64,000 bases of DNA, taken from Candidatus Dormiibacterota bacterium (GTDB lineage Bacteria > Chloroflexota > Dormibacteria > Aeolococcales > Aeolococcaceae). The stretch lies in NCBI GenBank assembly GCA_963800175.1, contig CAWCZS010000002.1, positions 1,217,695 to 1,281,694 of the forward strand, written 5' to 3'. Under the pieces are notes generated by a model, which was not told the DNA's origin, did not search any database, and saw only the letters and a list, made by a program, of their open reading frames with translations. Below are positions 32,775-41,646 of this stretch, piece after piece (the first letter of the stretch is position 1; the number at the start of each line of letters is the position of its first letter). A program made the position numbers and the translations under genes.

Positions 32775-32834
32775 GGGCAATGGTCCGGAGGCCCCGCGCA
32801 GCGCGCGCCACGCGGGGCCGGATCCGGATTCAGA

Positions 32835-33350
32835 TCACTGGTGTCCCGCCGGGTCGAGGGACTCGCCCGTCTCGAGCAGGGTCTTGAGGCCGCTGAGCAC
32901 CCAGTTCCAGCCGCCGCCGGCGCCCTGGTCCTCCATGCCGCCCGACATCAGCACCGCAAGCTGCGGAGCGCCTTCGAGCTCGTGTGTAAGGGTCAGCCGG
33001 GAGACGCCGTTCTTGCGCTCCTCGATCTCGTAGGTCACGCGGGTGAATCCCTGAGCCTTCATGCCCTCGTCCATCACCATCCGCCAGGTCTGCACGAGCT
33101 TGTGGGGCGGATCCGCCTCGAGCACCTCACCGTCGATGGCGACGTCGGGCGCGCCCATCGAACGCATCGCCGCCGTGGTGTACCCGGTGTACGTGCCGCC
33201 GGAGCGCAGGTCGTAGTCGGCGCGGCCGCAGTATCCGTAGCGCTCCGTCCATTCCGGCTTGGTGATCGCGTCCCAGATCGCGCCCGGCGTCGCCTTGATG
33301 TAGACGCGGTAGACCTGGGTGGTCCCGATCGCGGTCGCTGTCGTGGTCAT
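32835..33350 (-). CDS. SRPBCC / Aha1-like (AHSA1) domain protein
   Basis: ATG at 33350 overlaps the arsR stop (ATGA). VYRVYIKATPGAIWDAITKPEWTERY, HKLVQTW, SRLTLTHE...GWNWVLSGLKTLLETG. This is a typical ArsR partner. Confidence 0.7.
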   Translation of the reverse strand: MTTTATAIGTTQVYRVYIKATPGAIWDAITKPEWTERYGYCGRADYDLRSGGTYTGYTTAAMRSMGAPDVAIDGEVLEADPPHKLVQTWRMVMDEGMKAQGFTRVTYEIEERKNGVSRLTLTHELEGAPQLAVLMSGGMEDQGAGGGWNWVLSGLKTLLETGESLDPAGHQ

Positions 33351-33667
33351 GCCATGTCCTCCAGTTGAGTTTTGAGGTCGAGGAGCGCCGACGCGTGGCG
33401 CTCGCGGTATTTGTCGATCCACCGCTGGTGGATCAGCTGAATCGGGATCGGGTTGAGGAAGTGCAACTTCTCCCTGCCCGACCGGCGGGCGACGACCAGC
33501 CCCGCGTCTTCCAGCACGCGCAGGTGCTTCATCACGCCGAAACGCGTCATGTCCAGCTCCGACTCCAACTCCGTCAGCGTGCGGCCGTCACGCTGGAAGA
33601 GCAGGTCGAGCAGGAACCGACGCGTTGGGTCGGCGAGTGCCTTGAACACGAGGTCGTCGTCAGTCAC
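33347..33667 (-). CDS. ArsR/SmtB-family transcriptional regulator
   Basis: VFKALADPTRRFLLDLL, TLTELESELDMTRFGVMKHLRVLEDAGLV. GTG start at 33667, 6 nt after a -10 box. Confidence 0.85.
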   Translation of the reverse strand: MTDDDLVFKALADPTRRFLLDLLFQRDGRTLTELESELDMTRFGVMKHLRVLEDAGLVVARRSGREKLHFLNPIPIQLIHQRWIDKYRERHASALLDLKTQLEDMA

Positions 33668-33703
33668 CTGCGCAGGATAGGTGACTGATTAGTCACATGT
33701 CAA
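33661..33703 (-). promoter_or_regulatory. arsR promoter (-35 TTGACA 33698-33703, 18-nt spacer, -10 TATCCT 33674-33679) with GTGACT/AGTCAC operator half-sites; leaderless-type
   Basis: Read on the minus strand: cTTGACAtgtgactaatcagtcaccTATCCTgcgcagGTG. The palindrome gtgactgattagtcac (33681-33696) fills the spacer, and a third half-site agtcac (33662-33667) covers the start codon. Confidence 0.5.
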
Positions 33704-33722
33704 GTCCGGTACGAAACCGGGT

Positions 33723-34166
33723 TCACTCGTCCTGAACGGCGTCCTTGATGTGCTCGATCTTGGTCACCGTCAGCGCGCCATCCATCATCAGGCCGATCAC
33801 GTCGATGCGGCACGGCTGCTTCTGGCGGTGCGACTGCGCGCGATACAGCTCGAGGAGCATGCGGAGCTTGCGTCGCTTGCGCTCGTCAACAGCCTCCTCG
33901 GGCGTGCCGAAACCGGTACCACGCCGGGCCTTGACCTCAATGAGCACCAACGTCTCGCCATCCTCGGCGACGATGTCGATCTGCCCGAGGCGGCTCCGCC
34001 AGTCGCGCGCGAGGATGCGGTAGCCCTGTTCCTTGAGGTACGCGAGTGCGGCAACCTCGCCGGCATGACCGACCCGGTCCTTGAGGGGCCGAGCCGGGGG
34101 AAGTTGCTCGGGGGTTCGCGACCCCCGGCTACGCTCCGCCGTCGCTCTCCGAGGGGGCGTCGGCAC
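33723..34166 (-). CDS. yraN: YraN-family (UPF0102) endonuclease-like protein
   Basis: [50 protein letters not shown], with a C-terminal IDVIG. The annotated ATG overlaps the rplS tail by 38 nt, so the true start may be later. Confidence 0.75.
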   Translation of the reverse strand: MPTPPRRATAERSRGSRTPEQLPPARPLKDRVGHAGEVAALAYLKEQGYRILARDWRSRLGQIDIVAEDGETLVLIEVKARRGTGFGTPEEAVDERKRRKLRMLLELYRAQSHRQKQPCRIDVIGLMMDGALTVTKIEHIKDAVQDE

Positions 34167-34668
34167 CCTCGGCGTCGCCTGCCTCGGCGGTCACCTCGGC
34201 CGTCTCCGGCTCCGTGGTCTCCGGCTCGTCGAGAACCTCGGGCAACTCCTCCGGCTCGACGTCAGCGTCTGTCGGCACATCGAGGTCAGCGCGCTGCAGG
34301 GTCATCTCGGACCCGCCGATCGGCTGGCGGCGCTCACGGATGCGGGCGTGGCGACCGACCTTCTCGCGGAGGTAGAAGAGCTTGGCGCGGCGCACCTGGC
34401 CGTGGCGAAGGACCTCGATCCTGTCGATGCGCGGGGCGTGCACGAGGAACGTCCGCTCCACGCCGACACCGTGGGCGATGCGTCGCACGGTGAAGCTGGT
34501 GGCAAGACCGACCTTGCCCTTGAGCGCGATCACGACACCCTCGAACACCTGGATGCGCTCGCGGGTTCCCTCAACGACCTTGACGTGCACGCGCACCGTG
34601 TCGCCTGAACGCAGGATGGGGACTTGCTGTTTTTCCTGCTCGCGTTTGAGCAGATCGATGACATTCAC
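34129..34668 (-). CDS. rplS: 50S ribosomal protein L19 with ~60-aa acidic C-terminal extension
   Basis: [56 protein letters not shown]. The tail is [42 protein letters not shown]. Confidence 0.93.
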   Translation of the reverse strand: MNVIDLLKREQEKQQVPILRSGDTVRVHVKVVEGTRERIQVFEGVVIALKGKVGLATSFTVRRIAHGVGVERTFLVHAPRIDRIEVLRHGQVRRAKLFYLREKVGRHARIRERRQPIGGSEMTLQRADLDVPTDADVEPEELPEVLDEPETTEPETAEVTAEAGDAEGADAPSESDGGA

Positions 34669-35372
34669 GTTGTTCCTCCGGGCCTTGGCGCAGACCGTAT
34701 CAGATCGGGGCGATGCAGCCCGGTCCGTCTTGTACTTTCATTTCGACGCCACGCGGCGATTGCCGCGTGGTTTCCCTCCCGCAATACTGCGGGGACCTCG
34801 CGGCCCTCGAAGTCCGCGGGGCGTGTGTACAGCGGCGCCTCGAAACCGCCGCCGGTGCCGTCCGAGAACGTCTCGTCGCCGAGCGACTCGGGAGAGCCGA
34901 GAACACCAGGCACGAGACGTGCGGTTGCTTCGATGACCGCCATCGCAGCGACTTCGCCGCCACTCAGGACGTAGTCGCCAACCGACAATTCGTCGCCGAT
35001 CTCATCGCGCGCACGCTGATCGACGCCCTGGTAGCGGCCGCAGACGAGGAGGATGGATTGCTCCGCGGCGAGCTCGCGCGCCACGGCTTGATCGAAGCGC
35101 CGTCCCTGCGGTGAGAGCAGGATGCAGCGCAGCTCGGGTTCGGTCTCGCGCAGCGCGCGCACCGCGCGAATCAACGGCTCGGGTTTGAACACCATGCCCG
35201 CGCCGCCACCGAACTGCATGTCATCCACCTGGCGATGGCGGCCCTCGGTGTGCTCGCGCAGGTCGTGCACCTGCAGGTCGATGTCACCGGCGTCGATGGC
35301 ACGCCCGACCACGCCGATACCGAGCGGTCCCGGAAATACCTCGGGGAAAATCGTGAGCACGTGGAAGCGCAT
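34665..35372 (-). CDS. trmD: tRNA (guanine37-N1)-methyltransferase
   Basis: [63 protein letters not shown] at 35372 abuts the rimM stop. The tracked ORF starts 7 codons upstream at 35393. Confidence 0.92.
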   Translation of the reverse strand: MRFHVLTIFPEVFPGPLGIGVVGRAIDAGDIDLQVHDLREHTEGRHRQVDDMQFGGGAGMVFKPEPLIRAVRALRETEPELRCILLSPQGRRFDQAVARELAAEQSILLVCGRYQGVDQRARDEIGDELSVGDYVLSGGEVAAMAVIEATARLVPGVLGSPESLGDETFSDGTGGGFEAPLYTRPADFEGREVPAVLREGNHAAIAAWRRNESTRRTGLHRPDLIRSAPRPGGTT

Positions 35373-35896
35373 CACACGGTCTCCTCCGCCCACGGCGTGA
35401 CGGTGACGGTGCCTGCCGGGAGGTCGACCGACGTCACGTAATCGCGCGCCATCGGCAGACGATGCACGGTTGCGCCGTCACGGATGACGAGCACGTCGTT
35501 GCCCACGCCCGCCTCGACATCGTCGACGACGCCGACGTTTGTGCCAGCGGTGTCAACGACGCGGAGCCCAATGAGCTGCCAGACGAACCACTCATCTTTT
35601 GCCAGAGGGCGGGCTGCGTCGACGTCGACGCAGAGATACACACCGCGAAGCAGCGCGGCTTCCGTGGGCGAGGTGATCTCGTCAAAGCTGAGCAACACCG
35701 CGTTGCCGGACCCGCCGCGCGCGCTGCGCACCGTGAGTGCGCGCGCACCGTCCTCGGTCTCGAGTTTCGTGCCAGGCGTGAAACGGCTGGGATCGCCGCC
35801 GATCGGCTCGACCCGCACTTCGCCGCGCACGCCATGCGCGCGAAGAACCTGCGCTGCGCGCAGCTTTGCGGGAGCGAGCGGCCGGCCGGTTGTCAC
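35372..35896 (-). CDS. rimM: 16S rRNA processing protein RimM
   Basis: VLRAHGVRGEVRVEP, a central linker, and a PRC-barrel end (WQLIGLRVVDTAGTNVGVVDDV...GNDVLVI). Confidence 0.88.
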   Translation of the reverse strand: MTTGRPLAPAKLRAAQVLRAHGVRGEVRVEPIGGDPSRFTPGTKLETEDGARALTVRSARGGSGNAVLLSFDEITSPTEAALLRGVYLCVDVDAARPLAKDEWFVWQLIGLRVVDTAGTNVGVVDDVEAGVGNDVLVIRDGATVHRLPMARDYVTSVDLPAGTVTVTPWAEETV

Positions 35897-36138
35897 CGCA
35901 GGTCTTTCAACTCCACCTGTACGCGCTCGTGATGACGCAGTCCGGCGGCGCGCACGACGGCCCGAACGGCCTCGATGTTGCGACCGGTCTTGCCGATCAG
36001 CTTGCCCATGTCCTCTTCAGCGACATGCAGCGTGACGATGGTGCTGCGTCCGCGCGGACGCGCATCAACGGTGACAGCGGCGGGATTGGAAACGATTCGC
36101 TCGGCGATGAAACGCGTGAGGTCCGCGTAATCAGTCAC
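35893..36138 (-). CDS. KH-domain RNA-binding protein (YlqC/UPF0109)
   Basis: GTG at 36138 ([16 protein letters not shown]), overlapping the rpsP stop. KLIGKTGRNIEAVRAVVRA is the GXXG KH motif. 81 aa. Confidence 0.85.
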   Translation of the reverse strand: MTDYADLTRFIAERIVSNPAAVTVDARPRGRSTIVTLHVAEEDMGKLIGKTGRNIEAVRAVVRAAGLRHHERVQVELKDLR

Positions 36139-36710
36139 TGCTCTTCGTCTCCGTCCGCGGCGGCGGGTCCTGTCGCCGCGGGTACCCCTCCCGGCCGCGC
36201 TTCTTGCGCGTCCAGGCTTCCCCCGCGTCGCCACCCGCCTCGTCCAGGGCCGCGGCGCCGGCTTCCACGGACGGCTCATCAACCGCCGGCTCAGTGACGG
36301 CGGTTTCGGCAGCAGGTGCTTCGGCGGCAGGCTCTTCAGCAGCGGGCGCTTCCTCCGTTGCGGCTTCGGCTTCTGGTGCAGCGTCAGCCTTGGGAGCCTC
36401 AGCTTTCGCAGCGGGCTTTGCGGCCTCCGGGGCCACTTCGACGCGTGGCGTGATCTTGAAAGGACGTGCCGCGAGAATGCCTTCCTTGACAAGCAGTTGA
36501 CGCGCGCTGTCGCTCGGGCGCGCACCCCGGCGCAACCAGAGTTGCACGCGTTCCGCGTCGATCGTCACCACCGCCGGGTTGGGCAGCGGATCGTAGAAAC
36601 CGATCGAACTCGATGAACCTGCCGTCGCGTGGGCTGCGCGAATCCGCAACCACCAGCCGGTACACCGGGCGTTTGGTGGTGCCCATTCGCTTCAACCTGA
36701 TCTTGACCAA
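36131..36710 (-). CDS. rpsP: 30S ribosomal protein S16 with Ala/Glu/Pro-rich C-terminal extension, one frame break near 36605
   Basis: TTG at 36710, 7 nt after [41 protein letters not shown] | [10 protein letters not shown]...[13 protein letters not shown]. The tail is [38 protein letters not shown]. Confidence 0.9.
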
Positions 36711-36723
36711 TGTCGTGCTCCTT

Positions 36724-38111
36724 TCAGAATCCTGCTTGTCCGAGTTGGGTTGGATCGATGTTCTTGAGTTGTCTGAGCATTCGCGCCTTGCCGCGGACAC
36801 CCTTGGTGCCCTTGCCGCCGAGGCTCTTGAACATGCCTTGCATCTGCTCGAAACCCTTGAGCAGACGGTTGACATCCGCGATCGTGGTGCCGCTGCCCAG
36901 CGCAATGCGTTTGCGCCGCGAGCCTTTGATGAGCTCGGGATGGCGGCGCTCCGCAGTGGTCATGGACAGCACGATCGCCTCCATGCGACCGAGGTCCTGC
37001 TCGGACGGCATCGCCGCGCCGGCCTGCTGCATCATCTTTCGGCCGCCGGGGAGCATCCCGAGGACGCCCTCGAGCGAGCCCATGCTTGCGGAGCTGACGC
37101 AGCTGGTTGAGCCAGTCATCCATGGTCAGCCGGCCCGCGAAGGACCGCTCGACCATCTCCTCGGCCTTCTTCTGATCGAACTGCTCCTGCGCGCGTTCGA
37201 CGAGCGTGAGGACATCGCCCATGCCGAGGATCCGGGATGCCATGCGGTCTGGCGCGAACGGCTCGAGCTCGGAGACCTTCTCGCCGGTCCCGCAGTACAT
37301 GATCGGCTTGCCGATCGTCTCGCTCATCGAGAGCGCCGCACCGCCGCGAGCATCGCCGTCGAGCTTGGTGAGGATCACACCGTCGACATGCACGGCGTCG
37401 TCGAATTCCTTGGCGACGTTGACGGCCTCCTGGCCGGTCATCGCGTCGACGGCGAGGATGACCTCGTGCACGGTCGATCGCCTTGCGGATGTCGCGCAGT
37501 TCCTGCGAGCAGCGGCTCATCGATCTGGAGGCGGCCGGCGGTGTCGAGGATGACCACGTCGCAGTTGAGCCGGGTCGCTTCGTCAACGCCGCGCGCGCAG
37601 AGCTGCGCAACCTTCGCCTTCCCCTCGGGGGCATGTCACCGGAATCTGGTTGTCCAGGCCCAGCTTCTGGAGCTGCTGCACCGCCGCCGGACGCGTGATG
37701 TCGGCGGCGACGAGCATCGGGCGGTGGCCGTCGCGCCTGATGGCGAGGCCGAGCTTGGCCGCCGTCGTGGTCTTGCCGGAGCCCTGCAGACCGACCAGCA
37801 TGATCACGGTCGGCGGGTGCGGCTGGTACTGGATCTTGCGCTGCTCACCGCCGAGCAGAGCCACCAGTTCCTCGTTGACGATCTTCACGATCTGCTGTCC
37901 CGGCGTCAGCGAACTCGAGGACGTCCGAACCAATGGCGCGCTCGCGAATCCGGTCGACGAACGCACGAGCGACCCGGAAGTTGACGTCCGCCTCGAGCAG
38001 CGCGACGCGAACCTCGCGGAGGCCGACCTCGACGTCCTCCTTGGTCAGGCGGCCGCGGCCGGAGAACCGCTTGAGGGCGTTGGCGAGGCGATCGCTGAGT
38101 GCTTCGAACAT
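36724..38111 (-). CDS. ffh: signal recognition particle protein Ffh (SRP54), about 5 frame breaks
   Basis: [114 protein letters not shown]-domain [13 protein letters not shown] and [14 protein letters not shown]. Successive pieces step through frames 2>1>0>2>1>0. Confidence 0.92.
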
Positions 38112-38113
38112 GG

Positions 38114-38435
38114 TCAGACGGTCACCACGCGGATGGACAGACGGGAGCGCAGATCCGCCTCGAGGCGGTCGCGGCGATCGAGCTCGGCGGCGTGTCCGAG
38201 CCGGTCCTCGAAATGCTCGAGCTGTGCCAGGCGCGCGCCGGACGAGATCGTGGGCCCCGCTGCGTGTGCACGCGAAATGCTCGGCAAGCTCGGTGAACGA
38301 CCAGTCCTCGTGGAGGTGGAGGCGGCAGGCCTCGCGCTGGTGCTCGGTGAGCACCGCGCCGTAGACATCAAGAAGCCGCTCCTGCCACGCGCGTGAGGCA
38401 AGCGGTTGGGTGGCCGACGGATCTGTCAAGGGCAA
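38114..38435 (-). CDS. ylxM: YlxM/UPF0122 helix-turn-helix protein upstream of ffh, one frame break near 38235
   Basis: LLDVYGAVLTEHQREACRLHLHEDWSFTELAEHFACTRSGAHDLVRRA | LAQLEHFEDRLG. TTG start. The stop lies 2 nt before the ffh ATG. Confidence 0.7.
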
Positions 38436-38551
38436 GACCTTGACATGCTACACGATCTTCGCAGATCGACCTCCGGAACGAGCGAAGCCGGCGACCGAGA
38501 TCGCGGTGCGATTCCGCTGAATCCCAGCCGCCGGCTTCCCGGCACGCTCGC

Positions 38552-39968
38552 CTACGCGGCGACCGAACTCTCGACCCGTGCAGCGGTCTCGGGAGCGGCG
38601 ACGCGCCTGCGCGCCGGAATCGACGCCGCGGCGAGGGCTCCGACGATGACGACGATCCCGCCGACGATGACAGCGGGCTTGAGGCCCGCGACAAACGTCG
38701 CGCCCGAGATGTATCCGCCCCAGTGGGCAAAGATCGAGGCGAGGACGGTGACGCCGAGCACTCCGCCGAGCTCGCGGATCGCGTTGTTCGCGCCGGACGC
38801 CTTGCCTTCCTCGCGTGCGGTGACAGAGCTCGAGCACGACATTCGCCACCGGGGCGAAGAACATGCCCATGCCCACGCCGCTGAGGATGAACGGCAGGAT
38901 GAAAGCCGAGTACGCCACCGTCGGCGTGACCACGAGGCCGATCCAGATCAGGCCGGTCGCCTGGAGCGCAAGGCCGATCGCCATGAGGGTGCGCCCGTTG
39001 ATGCGGTCCGAGAGCGCGCCGGCGGTCGGGGCCACGATGATCGGCATCGCGGTCCACGGGAGGATCCGCAAGCCGGCGCTCAGCGGCGAAAGCCCCTGCA
39101 CTGTCTGGAAGAACTGCGCGAGCAGGAAGACGCTGCCGAACATCCCGAAGAACATGAACAGCGAAGCCGCGTTGGCGCCACTGAACGTGCGGTTCTTGAA
39201 ATATCGGATCGGGAGCATCGGAGTCTTGGAGCGGAGCTCGTACAGAACGAACACCACCATGAGGGCGACGCCACCGGCGAGGGTTCCGAGAATCTCCGGG
39301 CTCGTCCAACCCTGCTGATTGGCGCGCACCAGGCCCCAGACGATTGCGAAGAGTCCGGCGCTCGCGATGACGAGACCGCCGAGGTCGAGGTGGCTGTCCG
39401 CGCCGCGTGTCTCGGTGAGGCGGATACGCGCAAGTGGCGCGAGCAACAGGCCGATCGGCACGTTGACCCAGAAGATCCAATGCCACGAAATTCCCTGGAC
39501 GATTGCGCCACCGACGATCGGTCCGACCGCGACGGCGAGGCCGCCGATACCGCCCCATGCGCCAAGTGCGACGCCGCGGCGATTCGCCGGCACCGCGGCG
39601 CTCAGGATGGTTAGTGTCAATGGTGTCACCATCGCCGCGCCGCCGCCCTGGATCGCGCGCGCCACGATGAGCATGGTCGGGCTCGACGCGAGCGCGGATG
39701 CCGCAGAGCCGAGCGTGAACATCGCCAGGCCGATGGAGAAGATCCGGCGCCGTCCGAAGCGGTCGCCAAGCGCAGCGCCCGTGAGCAGCAGCACCGCAAA
39801 CGTCAGCGTGTACGCATTGATCGTCCACTCCAACTGCTGGAGGTTCGCGTTGAGGTCGTGGCGGATCACCGGCAATGCCGTGGTCACAACCAGGTTGTCG
39901 AGGGTGACCATGAACAGCGCGATCGAGGTGATCGCGAATGTCCAGATGACCTGGGACCGTCGAGCCAT
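38552..39968 (-). CDS. MFS drug-efflux transporter, 14-TMS DHA2 (EmrB/QacA-like), one frame break near 38840
   Basis: FMVTLDNLVVTTALPVI, GAALGDRFGRRRIF, GGAAMVTPLTLTIL, many TM segments, FFAPVANVVL | SSVTAREEGKASGANNAIRELGGVLG. GGAGGA lies 8 nt before the ATG. Confidence 0.85.
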
Positions 39969-40011
39969 GATGCCGTTCCTCCGTTGTCGTGTTGGTGGTT
40001 TCTGCCGGTTC

Positions 40012-40025
40012 TAGTGATTACTCAC
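40012..40025. promoter_or_regulatory. second TetR-type operator (AGTGATTACTCACT) in the tetR-MFS intergenic region
   Basis: Near-identical to the palindrome upstream of tetR (AGTGAGTACTCAC). It lies next to a TAGAAC box upstream of the MFS RBS and follows an AT-rich hairpin/T-run (40037-64). Confidence 0.45.
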
Positions 40026-40055
40026 TCACATCGAGTGATAAAAAATTTTGCGGGG

Positions 40056-40628
40056 CTACATCCCCAGCTTTGCGTTCATGCCGCAGCCTTCGATGAGGCG
40101 CATCGCCCACGCCTGCGGCTCCTCGAACTGACCCATCATCGCGAGGACGTTGAGCAGCATTCCCTGCGCGAAGAACTCGCTCAATTTCGTCGAGTCCATA
40201 CCCGTCAGCCGCCCCGCGAGGTTGACGAGCTCGCCGAATCCCTCGCCGACGACCGTACGAACGACCGGGTCGTCGCACGCTGCGTACGACTGCAATTGCG
40301 CGCGCAACTTGAGCGGGCTCTTGCGAATCTCCTCGATGTACCCGGCGCCGATCGCCATGAGGGCCTCATCGCCGGAGAGCCCCGCCGCCGAGCGAAGAAA
40401 GAGCTCCTGCGTGTCCTCGAAACAGCGCTTGATCGTCGCGACGATGAGCTCGCGCTTGGTGCCGAAGAGGCGGAACAGGTAGGGCTGGGAGATGCCGGCC
40501 ATCCGCGCGATGACATCGGTGGAGGCGCCTTCGTAGCCGCGCTCCGCAAAGACGGTGACGGCGGCTTCGAGGATCTGCTCGCGACGCTCGCTTGCAGTCT
40601 GTCGTTCCTGGGTGGCTACGGGTGTCAT
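40056..40628 (-). CDS. TetR/AcrR-family transcriptional regulator
   Basis: REQILEAAVTVFAERGYEGASTDVIARMAGISQPYLFRLFGTKRELI, followed by a helical ligand domain. Intact, 190 aa. Confidence 0.88.
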   Translation of the reverse strand: MTPVATQERQTASERREQILEAAVTVFAERGYEGASTDVIARMAGISQPYLFRLFGTKRELIVATIKRCFEDTQELFLRSAAGLSGDEALMAIGAGYIEEIRKSPLKLRAQLQSYAACDDPVVRTVVGEGFGELVNLAGRLTGMDSTKLSEFFAQGMLLNVLAMMGQFEEPQAWAMRLIEGCGMNAKLGM

Positions 40629-40636
40629 CGCCGCCT

Positions 40637-40665
40637 ATGGTAGTGAGTACTCACCACCATGTCAA
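40637..40665 (-). promoter_or_regulatory. tetR promoter (-35 TTGACA 40660-40665, 17-nt spacer, -10 TACCAT 40637-40642) with 12-bp perfect palindrome GTGAGTACTCAC (40643-40654) in the spacer
   Basis: Minus strand reads cTTGACAtggtggtgagtactcacTACCATaggcggcgATG. The start codon is 8 nt after the -10, so there is little or no leader. Confidence 0.5.
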
Positions 40666-40671
40666 GTCAGG

Positions 40672-41622
40672 TCAGGGAGTCGACCCGAAGAGCGCGTCCA
40701 GGTAGGCCGCGGGATCGAAGACATTGAGATCGTCGAGGCCCTCACCGAGGCCTATGAGCTTGACCGGGACCCTCAGTTGCTCCTCCACCGCGAGGAGCGT
40801 CCCACCGCGTGCGCTGCCGTCGAGCTTGGTGATCACGAGGCCGGTCAGCGTTGTGGTCTCGTGGAACGCCATCGCCTGGCGCATCGCGTTCATGCCGGTG
40901 GTGGCGTCCACGACGAGGAGCACCTCCTGGGGCGCCTCGGGAATCAGCCGCTCGACGACGCGGCGAACCTTGCCGAGCTCGGCCATGAGATTGACCTTCG
41001 TGTGCAGCCGTCCCGCGGTGTCGATGAGGACCACGTCCACGCGGCGAGCCTGGGCCGCCTGGATCGCGTCGTACACCACCGCTCCGGGATCGGCGCCCGG
41101 CTGGTGGGCGACGATGTCCGTGCCGGCGCGGTCCGCCCAGACGCGCATCTGGTCGATCGCCGCCGCGCGATACGTGTCAGCGGCTGCGATCAGTGAGGTG
41201 CGGCCCTCCTCGCGAAGCCGGTATGCGAGCTTGCCGATCGTCGTGGTCTTGCCGCTGCCGTTCACGCCGACGACGAGCACCACGCTTGGAATGGATTTGA
41301 GGTTCAGCGACCGGTCGTATGTCTCCATGACGCCCAGGATCTCGGCCTTGAGCGCCGCGATCGCGGCAGCGCCGTCACTCAGTTTTTCGCGACGCGCGCG
41401 CAGACGGAGCGCCAGAGCAAGACGCTCGGAGAGCTCGACTCCGCAGTCGGCAGCGATGAGCACTTCCGTGAGGTCGTCGTAAAAGGCGTCGTCGAGCTTC
41501 CGTCCCGGTGCGGCGAGGCCGTGCATCTCCGTGCTGAACGCGTTCGACGCCTTGTCCATGCGTCCCGAGACCCGGCGCCACCAGGCGCTGCGACGTACGG
41601 GTGCGACGACCTCGTCAGTCAC
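40672..41622 (-). CDS. ftsY: signal recognition particle receptor FtsY
   Basis: LLVVGVNGSGKTTTIGKLA, AAADTYRAAA, LIDTAGRLHTK, ITKLDGSARGG, IGLGEGLDDL. Intact, 316 aa. Confidence 0.93.
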   Translation of the reverse strand: MTDEVVAPVRRSAWWRRVSGRMDKASNAFSTEMHGLAAPGRKLDDAFYDDLTEVLIAADCGVELSERLALALRLRARREKLSDGAAAIAALKAEILGVMETYDRSLNLKSIPSVVLVVGVNGSGKTTTIGKLAYRLREEGRTSLIAAADTYRAAAIDQMRVWADRAGTDIVAHQPGADPGAVVYDAIQAAQARRVDVVLIDTAGRLHTKVNLMAELGKVRRVVERLIPEAPQEVLLVVDATTGMNAMRQAMAFHETTTLTGLVITKLDGSARGGTLLAVEEQLRVPVKLIGLGEGLDDLNVFDPAAYLDALFGSTP

Positions 41623-41646
41623 GGCCCTCCTCGCAGCGCACCCGGG

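Noticed and set aside
2106-38111. Programmed ribosomal frameshifting or recoding as an explanation for the broken frames
   Set aside because: There are too many sites (up to 6 per gene), spread over unrelated genes, with no shared slippery heptamer or downstream structure at the sites I inspected. The one-directional bias fits an insertion-type sequencing artefact.
33696-40668. Recurring motif CATGTCAAG (33696-33704, 40658-40666, and inverted at 38439-38447), considered as a REP/MITE-like element
   Set aside because: At the arsR and tetR sites it is simply the reverse complement of a perfect -35 box (cTTGACAtg), correctly spaced from a -10. The third copy is at the 5' edge of ylxM with no matching -10. 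There are no flanking repeats or target duplications.
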